Made by a program: the position numbers and the translations under genes
The notes under the pieces: generated by a model
Seen by the model: only the letters and a program-made list of their open reading frames with translations
The model's database searches: none
What the model was told of the DNA's origin: nothing
Assembly: GCA_039190745.1 (NCBI GenBank)
Contig: JBCCXZ010000020.1
Coordinates: 1-56,449, forward strand
Length of the DNA: 56,449 nucleotides
Origin: Planctomycetota bacterium
Lineage (GTDB): Bacteria > Planctomycetota > Planctomycetia > Pirellulales > Lacipirellulaceae
Reading direction: 5' to 3'
Shown here: positions 28,030 to 38,432 of the stretch, in pieces
Layout of the letters: every line of letters starts with the position of its first letter
How positions within the stretch are numbered: position 1 is the first letter of the stretch

Positions 28030-29439
28030 ATGAAGTCGCTGCAACGCGAGAGCCTGTGCCACGACCCGATCCACGGCTACATCCCGTTCGTGTCGGTTGT
28101 GCCCGAGGGCGAAACGGCCGAGCGGACGCTGCTCGACCACCCGTGGCTGCAGCGGATGCGGCAGATCCACCAGCTGCAGACCGCGTGGTGGGTGTACCCG
28201 TCGGCCGAGCACACCCGCTTCCAGCACGTGGTGGGCGCCATGCACATGGCCAGCCGTGCGGTCGATACGCTCTACGGCAGCCTGCACGAGTCAGTAGGCG
28301 GCGAAGTGCCTAGCCGCCATCATGTCGAGTGCCTGTGCCGCGTGGCGGCGCTGCTGCACGACGTTGGGCACGGGCCGTTCGGGCACTTCTTCGACAGCCA
28401 CTTCCTCAAGCCGCTTTATGGCCTGACGCACGAGACGCTCGGGGCCCACATTATCCAGCACGAGCTTGGCGAGCTGATCCGCGGCGTGCGCGAGTGCCCC
28501 GCCGGGCGGATGGACGACGGCGAGTCGCTCGACCCGGCGCACGTGGCGATGCTCATCCAACGCCCACGGCAGGACGACCGCGGCGAGTGGCCCCGCTGGC
28601 TGGTGCTGCTGCGGAGTTTGTTCTGCGGACTGTACACCGTCGACAACATGGACTTCGTGCTCCGCGACGCCTACATGAGCGGCTACTCGGTGCGGGCGTA
28701 CGACCTGGAACGCATACTGCGGTACAGCTTCTTCAGCGAGCACGGTCTGACGATCCACCAGAAGGGCGTCGGCGCCCTGGTGAAATTCATGCAGACCAAG
28801 AGTGAGCTGTTCCGCGCGGTCTATTTCCACCGGACGGTGCGGGCGATCGACCAGACGCTGGCCGAGCTGTTCCGCGACGGCCGCGACCTGCTACTGCCGG
28901 GCAACCCGCTGGAGCACCTCGACGCATATCGGCGGCTCACGGAGTGGTCGCTGCTGGTAGACGCCTCGCGCTGGGCGGCGAGCGACGACCCGCGAGTGGC
29001 GGCGCTGGGCGAGCGGTGGGACCGCATCCTGAGGCGGGAGGTCGACTGGATCGCCGTCGAAGACCGGAGCCGGCCGATCAAGGAGGGCGAGGCCGAGCAG
29101 GCGAGCATCTTCAGCGACGAGGAAATCCTGGACAAGAAGATCCGCGAGATGCTCCCGCTGGAGATGGCTGACCTCGACATGCAGATCGACCTCCCGCGAC
29201 ACATCTACCGGCCCGACGCCCTGGCCGCCTCGGCGGGGCAGAACTTCCAGTACAATCCAAGTACCGACAGGGTGTACCCGCTGACGGACGACAAGCTGTT
29301 CGCCCAGCTGCCCGTCGCCCAGCGGGCGTGCCGCGTGTACCTGCGGAAAGACCACACGCCGGAGCAAGCCCGGGCGATCGGCACGGCGCTGGACCAACTC
29401 ATCGGTACCCGCAGCGAGGATGACCTCACGAATATGTGA
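28030..29439 (+). CDS. HD-domain phosphohydrolase (dNTP triphosphohydrolase-like)
   Basis: DPIHGYI, LQRMRQIHQL, HTRFQH, LLHDVGHGPFGH, DNMDFVLRD and VYFHRTVR. Confidence 0.92.
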   Translation: MKSLQRESLCHDPIHGYIPFVSVVPEGETAERTLLDHPWLQRMRQIHQLQTAWWVYPSAEHTRFQHVVGAMHMASRAVDTLYGSLHESVGGEVPSRHHVECLCRVAALLHDVGHGPFGHFFDSHFLKPLYGLTHETLGAHIIQHELGELIRGVRECPAGRMDDGESLDPAHVAMLIQRPRQDDRGEWPRWLVLLRSLFCGLYTVDNMDFVLRDAYMSGYSVRAYDLERILRYSFFSEHGLTIHQKGVGALVKFMQTKSELFRAVYFHRTVRAIDQTLAELFRDGRDLLLPGNPLEHLDAYRRLTEWSLLVDASRWAASDDPRVAALGERWDRILRREVDWIAVEDRSRPIKEGEAEQASIFSDEEILDKKIREMLPLEMADLDMQIDLPRHIYRPDALAASAGQNFQYNPSTDRVYPLTDDKLFAQLPVAQRACRVYLRKDHTPEQARAIGTALDQLIGTRSEDDLTNM

Positions 29440-29465
29440 GCTTGCTTGGTTTGTCGAATGACGTG

Positions 29466-29663
29466 AAGGAGATGGGGGGATGTTGGGGATGACGGAGGAT
29501 GAAGAAAAGCAAGAGAGAACGAGATAGACGGCTGGAACCATGGCAGTTCTGGCCAGTTACTGGATGACTCCTTCCTTTCCCTTTCAGTTTCTATAGAGCC
29601 GTTTGACGAGGTCCCAACAAGAGTCCATCCCCACCATCCCCGGCTTCATCCCCCTATCTCCTT
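29466..29663. repeat. Inverted-repeat element with GGGGATG-unit arms
   Basis: aaggagatggggggatgttggggatgacggaggatg ... catccccaccatccccggcttcatccccctatctcctt; outer 17 bp pair with one G-T. Confidence 0.75.
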
Positions 29664-29687
29664 AACCAACAAAACGGATCACCAAAG

Positions 29688-31115
29688 TTGTCTAACGACC
29701 GCTACGAGAACCCGCTTATTTCCCGTTACGCCTCCGAGGCGATGGCGACGCTGTGGGGCGCCCAGAAGAAGCACAGCACCTGGCGGCGGCTGTGGGTGGC
29801 GCTCGCCGAGGCTGAGGCGGAGTTGGGGTTGCCGGTAACGGCCGCGCAAATCGACGAGCTGCGGGCGCACGTCGACGACATCGACTTCGCCGCCGCCGCG
29901 GCGCACGAAAAGCGGCTGCGTCACGACGTGATGGCCCACGTACACGCTTACGGCGACCAGTGCCCGGGGGCGAAGGGCATCATCCACCTCGGCGCCACGA
30001 GTTGCTTCGTCACCGACAATACGGACCTGATCTTGCTGCGCGAAGCGCTCGAGCTGGTCGCCTCGCGCACCGCGGCGGTGATCGACGCATTGGGCCGCTT
30101 CGCCGCAGAGCACCGCGACCTGCCCACGCTTGGCTTCACGCACTTGCAGCCCGCCCAGCCGACGACCGTTGGTCGTCGGGCCTGCTTGTGGGCCTACGAT
30201 CTGGCGTTGGACCTAGCTGAGATCGAGCACCGGCTCGACACGCTGCTCGCTCGCAGCACCAAGGGCACCACCGGTACGCAGGCGAGCTTCCTGCGGCTGT
30301 TCGACGACGACCACGCCAAGGTGCGTGAGCTCGAGAAGCGCGTCGCGGAGAAGATGGGCTTCGCCGGCACGTTCGCCGTCACGGGGCAGACTTACCCGCG
30401 GAAGCTCGATTGCCAGGTGGTCGACGTGCTGGCCGGGGTGGCGGGTTCCTGCCACAAGGCGGCCACCGACCTGCGGTTGCTGGCCAACAAGAAGGAACTC
30501 GAAGAGCCGTTCGAGAAGGACCAGATCGGCTCGTCGGCGATGGCTTACAAGCGGAACCCCATGCGGAGCGAGCGAATCTGCGGCTTGGCCCGCTTCGTCA
30601 TGAGCCTGCAGGCCAGCGCCCAGCAGACGCTCGCCACGCAGTGGATGGAGCGGACGCTGGACGATAGCTCCAACCGCCGGCTGGTGCTGCCGCAGGCGTT
30701 CCTGGCGGTCGACGCGGTGCTGCTTATCTACCGCAACGTGGCCGAAGGGCTGGTGGTCTACCCCGAGGTGATCGCCAAGAACCTGGGGGAAGAGCTGCCG
30801 TTTATGGCGACCGAGAACATCTTGATGGCGGCCGTCGCCGCGGGGGGCGACCGGCAGGACTTGCACGAACGCATCCGCCAGCACAGCCAAGACGCCGCGG
30901 CGGAAGTGAAGCAGCAAGGCCGGCCAAACGATCTACTGGCCCGGTTGGAGGCCGACGAAGCGTTCACCGGGATCGACGTTCGCGGGGCGGTTGAACCCAG
31001 CAAGCTCACCGGTCGCAGCCCCGAACAGGTCGACGAGTTCATCGCCGGTGTTGTGGAGCCGATCCGTCAGAAGTACGGAGAGTCATTGGCCGCAACCGAG
31101 GACTTGCGCGTCTGA
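29688..31115 (+). CDS. purB: Adenylosuccinate lyase
   Basis: [23 protein letters not shown] and [14 protein letters not shown] start. Confidence 0.96.
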   Translation: MSNDRYENPLISRYASEAMATLWGAQKKHSTWRRLWVALAEAEAELGLPVTAAQIDELRAHVDDIDFAAAAAHEKRLRHDVMAHVHAYGDQCPGAKGIIHLGATSCFVTDNTDLILLREALELVASRTAAVIDALGRFAAEHRDLPTLGFTHLQPAQPTTVGRRACLWAYDLALDLAEIEHRLDTLLARSTKGTTGTQASFLRLFDDDHAKVRELEKRVAEKMGFAGTFAVTGQTYPRKLDCQVVDVLAGVAGSCHKAATDLRLLANKKELEEPFEKDQIGSSAMAYKRNPMRSERICGLARFVMSLQASAQQTLATQWMERTLDDSSNRRLVLPQAFLAVDAVLLIYRNVAEGLVVYPEVIAKNLGEELPFMATENILMAAVAAGGDRQDLHERIRQHSQDAAAEVKQQGRPNDLLARLEADEAFTGIDVRGAVEPSKLTGRSPEQVDEFIAGVVEPIRQKYGESLAATEDLRV

Positions 31116-31131
31116 GTCTCTCTCTGAACGG

Positions 31132-31635
31132 CTAAATCAGATCGAGCGGGCCCTGCCGGCGGTGCCGCTTGGCGGCGCATTCTTCGCAGATACCGGTGAC
31201 GATGAGCCGGTGCCCGGTGACGCGGAAGTTGTGTTCGCGGCCGACCGCTTCACGGATCCTACGCAGCTCGGAACTCTGGAACTCGATCAGCTGATCGCAG
31301 ATCGTGCAGTGCAGGTGGTCGTGCTGGGGGTACCCATAGTCGTGCTCGTACACACTGCGGCCGCCGAGCGACATCCGCCGCAAGAGCCCGGCTTCGACGA
31401 GTTCGTTGAGCGTTCGGTAGACAGTAGGACGGCTGATGCGGATGCCCGCTAGTTCTTGGCTGGCGCTGGCGATGAGTTCTTCGGCATCGAAGTGGTCGTG
31501 CCGCTTGAAGACGTGCTCGACGAGGGCCCTCCGCTGCTCGGTTACCCGCTTGCCGCGGCTCTGCAGGTACTCGCTGAACCGCTCCTGCGGGCTGCTGGAG
31601 ACCTTGACCTCTTCGAGGGCGAAACCACTGTCCAT
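31132..31635 (-). CDS. Fur-family transcriptional regulator
   Basis: RVTEQR, HFDAEEL, TVYRTL, HDHLHCTIC and GICEEC. Confidence 0.93.
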   Translation of the reverse strand: MDSGFALEEVKVSSSPQERFSEYLQSRGKRVTEQRRALVEHVFKRHDHFDAEELIASASQELAGIRISRPTVYRTLNELVEAGLLRRMSLGGRSVYEHDYGYPQHDHLHCTICDQLIEFQSSELRRIREAVGREHNFRVTGHRLIVTGICEECAAKRHRRQGPLDLI

Positions 31636-31872
31636 AGAAATACTCGCGATGGGCGGCCTGCGGGCAGTGGGGCAATCTCAACAACTGCCGGAAAGGGCCT
31701 AGTTGAGACTCGCTAAGGTGCTGCAGGCAGCGTGAATCGAAGGTGTGGGCTCGGCTTACACGAAACAGCCCGTTGCTATTGATTCTACGCGTGCCGTGTG
31801 AGTGTCTCAAGAGCGCCGGCAAAGAGGTGCGGGAAACGCGCAGTGGCGAGCGCGAGGCGACAGCGAAAAGCT

Positions 31873-32148
31873 CTAGCCCAATTGATCGAGGATGCGATCC
31901 AGTGCCGCGTCAAGCTTCTCTGGTGTCTCGTACGTCCCGGCCGCAATCTCGTTGCGGACCCGGGCGACCAGATCGGCGCGGACTTCGCCGGACTCGCCTG
32001 CGGCAGCGGCTTCGCCGGCCGCGGAGATGTCGAGTTGATCCTGCGGGGCCGTCGAGGGGCGCCCCGACTGCGGGCTCCCGGGACGGGGCGCTTGGGGTCC
32101 GCGGGGGCTGTGGGCTCCGTGGACGCTAGAAGGGCCGTAGATGTTCAT
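31873..32148 (-). CDS. flgM: Flagellar anti-sigma28 factor FlgM
   Basis: DQLDIS...VRADLVARVRNEIAAGTYET C-terminal signature. Confidence 0.85.
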   Translation of the reverse strand: MNIYGPSSVHGAHSPRGPQAPRPGSPQSGRPSTAPQDQLDISAAGEAAAAGESGEVRADLVARVRNEIAAGTYETPEKLDAALDRILDQLG

Positions 32149-32659
32149 ACCGTTCTCCGATCTGCTCCGCTTACGCTGACGATCACGCGGCCTGCAAGGG
32201 CTGCTCCGACGGTGCGTCGGGCCGCGGCGTAGGTGTCTGTTCATGCAAGGTACCATCGACGAGATGTCCCGTGCATGTGCAGCGAACGCTCCGGCAAGTG
32301 GGTCGTTGCAAACAGCCTCGTTTTGTCAGGTGTGTTGGTCCTGCGAGTCGACCGCGATAACCGGCGCCGCTGTTGAGTTTCTGCAACAGGCTGGCGGCAC
32401 AAAGCCCGCAACCACCGATAGATACGGCACGACCCGGCCGGCGGTTCGCCGAACCCCGCACCAACGGATGCGCTGGCGGGGAGAGTAGCTTCCTGGCAAA
32501 AAGCCCGTCAAGGCGGCCTCGACGGTTTTCTGCCGGCCCTGCTTGGGGCGGGGCCACGGAACTCGCCTCCCGCGTCGGGGTTCTCTATTCTTAGGGCGTT
32601 GGCCATTAGAGCTACGGGCACGGGCCTACGGGAGAAACCGCTGCCGCGGGGAACTAACG

Positions 32660-33793
32660 ATGGTGCGTTTGATTGCGGCCACATCGGTGCTGCTAGCAAG
32701 CCTGTGCGGGCCGGCCTTATGCACGGCCGGGTCGCCCGCCGAGGGCGGATCCTCGGACCCAGACGCCCGTTTGTTCCGGGAACTCGACATATTCCAGGAA
32801 CTCGACAAGGACGGCGACGGCTTGCTTCGCGGTGAGGAAGCCTCGACGGCCGATGGAGGTTCCCTCGAACAAACGCTGCTCGAACGGCTGCTGCGCACCG
32901 GCGACGCGGACGGGGACGGTGCATTGACCCCTCAGGAGTTCGAGGCGGCCCTCGGACCCAAACGGACGGTAAGGCCGCTGACGGAGAAACGGGGCGGCCG
33001 GCTCTCCGGCGCCGACGCGCTGGCCCTGATGGTTATTCGGATGGACGCCAACGGCGACGGGGAGATCGAAGAGCCGGAGGTTCCGAGCACTTACCGCCGC
33101 CCGTTCTTACGGATGCTCGAGGCGGCCGATCTGGATCGGAACGGCGTCCTCAGCCAACAGGAACGGACGCGCCGCGCGCCGGCCATGGCAAGACTTGCCG
33201 AGCGGGTCTCGTTCTTCCTGGGGGTGGATGTCGAAGCGGAACTCGCCAGCCTTTCCGACGACGAGCGGCTCCGGTTCGAGAGTGCCCAGCGTCCGCCCCG
33301 GCCGGGGCGGAACCTTGCCGACGTCGAGCAGGCCCGCGAGTATTTCGAACGCTTGGACGCCAATGCCGACGGCGTGGTCGAGGCCGACGAGGTGCCACAG
33401 CCGCTTGCCGCTCGGTTCGATCAGATCCTCACCCGGGCCGACCGCAACGGCGACGGGAAGCTCGCCCGGGGTGAGATGCTGAAGTTTGCCCAGGTGGTCG
33501 CCCAGATCGAGAAGGCCCGGCCCTCGGACGAAGCTATCCAGCGTGCGCTCGAGGGGCTCCTGAAGCGTGACGCCGACGGAGACGGCCGCCTCTCCCCGGA
33601 AGAGATGTCCAATCTCAGCGAGCGGCGCTTCGAGCGTGCCGATGCCGACGGGGACGGGTTTCTCAACAGGGCCGAGTTGGAGCGGGTCGCGACCTTTGTC
33701 GCGAGCCGGCTCCGGGGCGTCCGGGAACAGATGCGGCTGGGCCCGGGGCCGGAGGGCGCCCAGCGGAAAGACGCCGAGGCGTCGGGCCGGTAA
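32660..33793 (+). CDS. Secreted multi-EF-hand calcium-binding protein
   Basis: Signal peptide and about eight DxDGDG/DxNGDG loops. Confidence 0.85.
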   Translation: MVRLIAATSVLLASLCGPALCTAGSPAEGGSSDPDARLFRELDIFQELDKDGDGLLRGEEASTADGGSLEQTLLERLLRTGDADGDGALTPQEFEAALGPKRTVRPLTEKRGGRLSGADALALMVIRMDANGDGEIEEPEVPSTYRRPFLRMLEAADLDRNGVLSQQERTRRAPAMARLAERVSFFLGVDVEAELASLSDDERLRFESAQRPPRPGRNLADVEQAREYFERLDANADGVVEADEVPQPLAARFDQILTRADRNGDGKLARGEMLKFAQVVAQIEKARPSDEAIQRALEGLLKRDADGDGRLSPEEMSNLSERRFERADADGDGFLNRAELERVATFVASRLRGVREQMRLGPGPEGAQRKDAEASGR

Positions 33794-33856
33794 AAAGCTT
33801 GAGCAGAGTTTCCCTGCTGCCGCGGGGGTTTCCGAGCGGGTTCTGCTGTGAACCGA

Positions 33857-33882
33857 GAACCTTTTCTGCGTGTCTCCCGTAT
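33857..33882 (+). promoter_or_regulatory. Possible ECF sigma promoter
   Basis: GAACC-N16-CGTAT upstream of the small ORF at 33940. Confidence 0.35.
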
Positions 33883-33939
33883 GGAGGAACAAAGACGGGC
33901 GTGCCGTCTTGCGATCCACGGCAGAGGAGGAGCGTTCTG

Positions 33940-34143
33940 GTGGCAACTCAGCAAATCGCGCTTCACGACGACGGCCAACGCACCCTGCCCCCCGTCTTGA
34001 TCGACGCCCACTCACTGTTTGTGTTTAGCATGCGGCTGCACCACTCGCTGGGGGCGTTGGAGAAGCGTTTCGCTGCGGCAGAGAAACCCGGTGTGCCCAC
34101 ACTCCGGCAAAAGTGGACCCCTCTGCCGAACAAACCGCGTTAA
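33940..34143 (+). CDS. Small hypothetical protein (67 aa)
   Basis: GTG start after a strong GAGGAGGAG SD; fills the gap before ispH. Confidence 0.5.
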   Translation: MATQQIALHDDGQRTLPPVLIDAHSLFVFSMRLHHSLGALEKRFAAAEKPGVPTLRQKWTPLPNKPR

Positions 34144-34248
34144 CGACTTCGGCGGCGTGGCCTGCGGGCCTATTCAGCGGTTATCATTGCGGAGCCCACG
34201 GTCGTCTTGGGCCCGATCCACAAGCCGCTCACCCGTTTTCTGCCGCCG

Positions 34249-35187
34249 ATGAAAGTTCTCCTGGCCAGCCCCCGCGGGTTCTGCGCCGGCGTCAACATGG
34301 CCATCGATGCGCTCGACTTGGCCCTGAAAACGCTGCCGGCGCCGATCTACGTTTATCATGAGATCGTCCACAATAAGTACGTGGTGGAGAACTTCCGCGA
34401 GCGCGGCGTGGTGTTTGTCGACTCGCCCGAGGAGGCTCCGGCGGGCTCGACGCTGCTGTTCTCCGCCCACGGCGTGTCGCCGGAGGTGCGTGCCCTCGCC
34501 AAGAGCCGGGGGCTGCACGCGATCGACGCCACGTGCCCGCTGGTGACCAAGGTGCACCTCGAGGCGATCAAGTACGCCAAAGAGGGCTACACCATCCTGC
34601 TCATCGGCCACGAGGGTCACGACGAAGTGATCGGCACGATGGGCGAGGCGCCCGAGGCAATCCTGCTGGTCGAGTCGCCCGAGGACGTCGGCCGGCTCAC
34701 CATCGCCGACGAGACGAAGGTCGCTTACCTCACCCAGACCACGCTCAGCGTGGACGACGCCAACCGCATCATCGAGCGGCTGCGGGAGCGGTTCCCGCAC
34801 ATCGCGTCCCCGCCGAAGGACGATATCTGCTACGCCACGCAGAACCGGCAAGAGGCGGTTTCGCACCTGGCGCCCGAGGCCGACCTCACTTTGGTGCTCG
34901 GCAGCCAGAACAGCTCGAACAGCCAGAGGCTCGCGGAGCTCTCCGCCGAACGCGGCGTGCCGGCGCACTTGATCGATGGCCCGCAGGACATCGACCTGGG
35001 TTGGTTCGAGGGCGTGCAGACGGTGCTGGTCACTGCCGGCGCGAGCGCCCCAGAGGTGGTGGTCGACGCGGTGCTCGATTTCCTGCGAGAGCACTTCGAC
35101 GCGAGCGTCGAGCCGCGGACGCTGCGGACCGAGGACGTCTCGTTCCCTCTGCCGCGGGAGCTGCGAGAGATCGCGGCGGGGTCGTAG
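34249..35187 (+). CDS. ispH: 4-hydroxy-3-methylbut-2-enyl diphosphate reductase
   Basis: PRGFCAGV, EIVHN, SAHG, DATCPLV, ICYATQNRQ, SSNS and TAGASAP. Confidence 0.98.
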   Translation: MKVLLASPRGFCAGVNMAIDALDLALKTLPAPIYVYHEIVHNKYVVENFRERGVVFVDSPEEAPAGSTLLFSAHGVSPEVRALAKSRGLHAIDATCPLVTKVHLEAIKYAKEGYTILLIGHEGHDEVIGTMGEAPEAILLVESPEDVGRLTIADETKVAYLTQTTLSVDDANRIIERLRERFPHIASPPKDDICYATQNRQEAVSHLAPEADLTLVLGSQNSSNSQRLAELSAERGVPAHLIDGPQDIDLGWFEGVQTVLVTAGASAPEVVVDAVLDFLREHFDASVEPRTLRTEDVSFPLPRELREIAAGS

Positions 35188-35222
35188 TCGACCAAGAGCC
35201 GATCATAGAAGCCGTGGGCTGC

Positions 35223-37379
35223 TTAGTCCGCTATGTCCGGCTCGAAGCCCAACTCCTCCACCAAGAACGCCCAGCGGTCGGCGGTCACCTCGATCTGCTT
35301 GCTCACCGGCGTGCCGGCGCCGTGGCCGGACCGGATCTCCACCCGCAGCAGGATGGGGTCGTCGCCTGCTTGGGCGGCCTGCATCGCCGCGGCGAACTTG
35401 AAGCTGTGCATCGGCACCACGCGGTCGTCCGTGTCGGCGGTGGTGACCATGGTCGCCGGGTACTCGGCGCCAGGCTTCACGTTGTGGTACGGCGAGTAGC
35501 CGAGAAGGTTGCGGAACTGCGGTTCGTCGTCGGCCGTGCCGTACTCGTCCCGCCAGAAGACGCCGGCGGTGAACTGGTCGTAGCGGAGCATGTCCATCAC
35601 CCCGACCGCGGGGATGCACGCACCGAACAGGTCGGGCCGTTGCGTCATGCAGGCCCCCACCAGCAGGCCGCCGTTGCTGCCGCCCAGGATCGCGAGCCGC
35701 TCGGGCTTGGTGTAGCCCTCGGCGATGAGCCACTCGGCCGCGGCGATAAAGTCGTCGAACACGTTCTGCTTGTTGAGGTCTTTGCCGGCCTGGTGCCAGT
35801 CCTCGCCGTACTCGCCGCCGCCGCGGAGGTTCGGCACCGCCAGCACGCCGCCCATTTCCATCCAGGTGGCGTAGCCGACCGAGAAGCCCGGCGTCAGTGA
35901 GATGTTGAAGCCGCCGTAGCCGTAGAGCAGCGTCGGCAGCTCGCCGTTGGGCTCCAAGCCCTTCTTGTGCGTTACAAGGATCGGCACGCGCGTGCCGTCT
36001 TTGCTGGTGAAGAACGCCTGCCGCGATTCGAACCGGCTGGGGTCGAAGTCGATCTGCGGCGTGCGGACCGCTTCGACGCCGCCCGTTTCCAGGTCGTACC
36101 GGTAGATCGAGGTTGGGGTCGTGTAACTGGTGAACGAGAAGAAGGTCTCGGTCGCGTCCTCCTTGCCTCCGAAGCCGTTTGCCGAGCCGAGGCCGGGCAG
36201 TTCGACGTCGCCCAGCGGCTTGCCGTCGATCGAGAACAAACGCACGCGAGACAGCACGTCCTGGAGGTACGACGCCACGAAGCGGTCGCCGAACAGGGTT
36301 GCCGACCGGAGGGTGGCTTCTTGCTTGGGGACAACCTCCTCAAGGGCGTCCCGCCCGGGCTGGTTGACGTCCATGGCCACGATCCGTTTGGACGAAGCGT
36401 CGAGATCGGTGAGGAAGAAGAGCCGCTCGCCGCGGCTGCCGATCAGCCCGAACTCGTTGTCGAAGTCGCCGATGAGCGTGCGGAACTCGGCGTCCGGCTC
36501 GTCGACCCGCCGGACGAGCACTTGATTCTGCGGGTCGGTGCTGCGGCCGATTGACATCACCAAGTACTGGTTGTCGTCGGTCCGCTCGAGCCAGAAGTAC
36601 CACGTCGGGTTGTCCGGCCGCTTGTAGACGAGTTGGTCCTGTGACTGGTCGTCTCCCAGCTGGTGGAAGTAGACCATCTGGTTGGCGACCACCGTTTGGT
36701 GTTTCTCGTCGGGGTCGGCCTCGGGGTAGCGAGAGTAGTAGAACCCGTCGCCGGCGGCGTTCCAGACGATGTTGCCCCAGCGGGTCCAGCGGAGCACATC
36801 CTCGATTTCTTTGCCGGAAGCAACATCCAGCACACGGATGGTGGTCCAGTCGGATCCGGCCTCGCGGCGGGTGTAGGCCAGGTAGCGGGCGTCGTCGCTT
36901 ACCACGAACCCGCCCATCGAGACGGTGCCGTCCTCGGACCAGGTGTTCGGGTCGATCACCGCGGCCCCCTCACCGCCGGGGGCGTCTGAGACGTACAGCA
37001 CCGGTTGGTCCTGCAGGCCGTCGTTCTTCTGGAAGAAGTAACGCCCCGCGCGGACGACGGGCGCCGAGTACCGCTCGAAGTTCCAGAGTTTCTCGAGCCG
37101 CTGGCGGATCGGCCCTAGGTGCGGCAGGGCGTCGAGGTAAGCCCTGGCGGCGTTGTTCTGCGCTTCGGTCCAGGCGGCGACCTCTTCCGACTCGCGCACG
37201 TCGGCCTCCAGCCAGCGGTAGGGGTCGGCGACTTCCGTGCCGTGGTAGGTGTCGACCTGGTCGACGCGTCGGGTTTCCGGGGCCATGAATTCCTCGGCGT
37301 TGCCTTGGTCGGCGGTGTAGAGAACAAGCGAAGCCGCGAGCCAGGCCGCGGTTGTGCTTGTGAGTGTGCAACGGGGCAT
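35223..37379 (-). CDS. Prolyl oligopeptidase (S9A), secreted
   Basis: DPYRWLE, YGYGGF, RGGGEYG, GGSNGG, DDRV and GHG. Confidence 0.95.
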   Translation of the reverse strand: MPRCTLTSTTAAWLAASLVLYTADQGNAEEFMAPETRRVDQVDTYHGTEVADPYRWLEADVRESEEVAAWTEAQNNAARAYLDALPHLGPIRQRLEKLWNFERYSAPVVRAGRYFFQKNDGLQDQPVLYVSDAPGGEGAAVIDPNTWSEDGTVSMGGFVVSDDARYLAYTRREAGSDWTTIRVLDVASGKEIEDVLRWTRWGNIVWNAAGDGFYYSRYPEADPDEKHQTVVANQMVYFHQLGDDQSQDQLVYKRPDNPTWYFWLERTDDNQYLVMSIGRSTDPQNQVLVRRVDEPDAEFRTLIGDFDNEFGLIGSRGERLFFLTDLDASSKRIVAMDVNQPGRDALEEVVPKQEATLRSATLFGDRFVASYLQDVLSRVRLFSIDGKPLGDVELPGLGSANGFGGKEDATETFFSFTSYTTPTSIYRYDLETGGVEAVRTPQIDFDPSRFESRQAFFTSKDGTRVPILVTHKKGLEPNGELPTLLYGYGGFNISLTPGFSVGYATWMEMGGVLAVPNLRGGGEYGEDWHQAGKDLNKQNVFDDFIAAAEWLIAEGYTKPERLAILGGSNGGLLVGACMTQRPDLFGACIPAVGVMDMLRYDQFTAGVFWRDEYGTADDEPQFRNLLGYSPYHNVKPGAEYPATMVTTADTDDRVVPMHSFKFAAAMQAAQAGDDPILLRVEIRSGHGAGTPVSKQIEVTADRWAFLVEELGFEPDIAD

Positions 37380-37453
37380 CGTCACCCTCCGGGTGTTGGT
37401 CTGCTTTAAGACGGGGCCGATCGTAGCGGGCCGGGCCGCCGCTGGCCAGTCGA

Positions 37454-38272
37454 TCAGCTGCTCGCACTGCGGTAGGCCAAGAGGGCCTGCTTGAAGACCC
37501 ACCGGCTGAAGAGCAGCGACGCGGTTGTTGCGGCCAGGGCGAACAACGCGAGGCCCGCTTGGTCGCCGGAGAGCGGCCACGCCAAGATGCGAGCCGGCAC
37601 GTTGATTACCACCAAGATCGGCACGACGAACGTGAACACCCACCGCAAGGCGTTGCCGCCGAACGAGCCGCTGTAGATTTCCATCGGGTAGCGCGAGAAG
37701 TTCGTGATGTAGAACCAGAAGTCGTAGAGCGACTGGTTCCGCCCCAGCCAGATGCTGGTGGCCGCGAGGGTAATCATCACGCTGTACAAGATCAGCACGC
37801 CCATCACCAGGTAGAGCGGGTAGAGCAAGAATTGCACCGGGCTCAGCTCGAGGCCCTCGATCCGTGGCAGCGAGTACCCCAACAGCAGGAGCGCAACGAA
37901 GAAATTGCCCAGCGATGAAAAATTCACCCGGTGGAGCGACACAAGGAACTGCGTGTCGATCGGTTTGAGCAACGCAAAGTCGAGCCCTCCGGTACGGACC
38001 AGCTCACTCAATTCCTGGGCATTTGGCATGAAGAACGTCTGCACCAGGCTGTTCACGAACATCGTCGTGGCGATGAATACGAAGAATTCGTACTTGGTCC
38101 ACTCGACGATCGAGGGCGTCTGCTCGTACACGAGCGTGTAGAACCCCAGGTTCATAATCATCCACGACATCGACGACACCACCTCGATGATGAAGTTGGT
38201 GCGGAACGTCATGTCGCGGATCAGGCTGTTCCGCGCGAACGTGAGGAAGACGCCGAGGTAGGAGGGGGACAT
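37454..38272 (-). CDS. ABC-2 family permease (DUF990-type)
   Basis: VRTGGLDFALLKPID and FSRYPMEIY; multi-TM. Confidence 0.9.
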   Translation of the reverse strand: MSPSYLGVFLTFARNSLIRDMTFRTNFIIEVVSSMSWMIMNLGFYTLVYEQTPSIVEWTKYEFFVFIATTMFVNSLVQTFFMPNAQELSELVRTGGLDFALLKPIDTQFLVSLHRVNFSSLGNFFVALLLLGYSLPRIEGLELSPVQFLLYPLYLVMGVLILYSVMITLAATSIWLGRNQSLYDFWFYITNFSRYPMEIYSGSFGGNALRWVFTFVVPILVVINVPARILAWPLSGDQAGLALFALAATTASLLFSRWVFKQALLAYRSASS

Positions 38273-38274
38273 AG

Positions 38275-38429
38275 GAACGCTGAGTGCTGAGCGATGAAGG
38301 ATGAATGCCGTGGAATGTTGCTTTTCTAGAGAGTGTCTATCTTCCGTTGCAGATGTAAGTGCGGGGCTGGAACAACCAGCTGCGGGTCGAAGCTCAGTTC
38401 ATCGCTCATCGTTTATCCCTAATCACTTC
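38275..38429. repeat. Inverted-repeat element with heptamer-unit arms
   Basis: gaacgct gagtgct gagcgat gaaggat gaa ... ttcatcg ctcatcg tttatcc ctaatca cttc. Confidence 0.65.
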
Positions 38430-38432
38430 TTT

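Noticed and set aside
28030..29439. HD dNTPase as an anti-phage defence gene
   Set aside because: Host-like codon usage and a housekeeping position upstream of purB; no defence island context.
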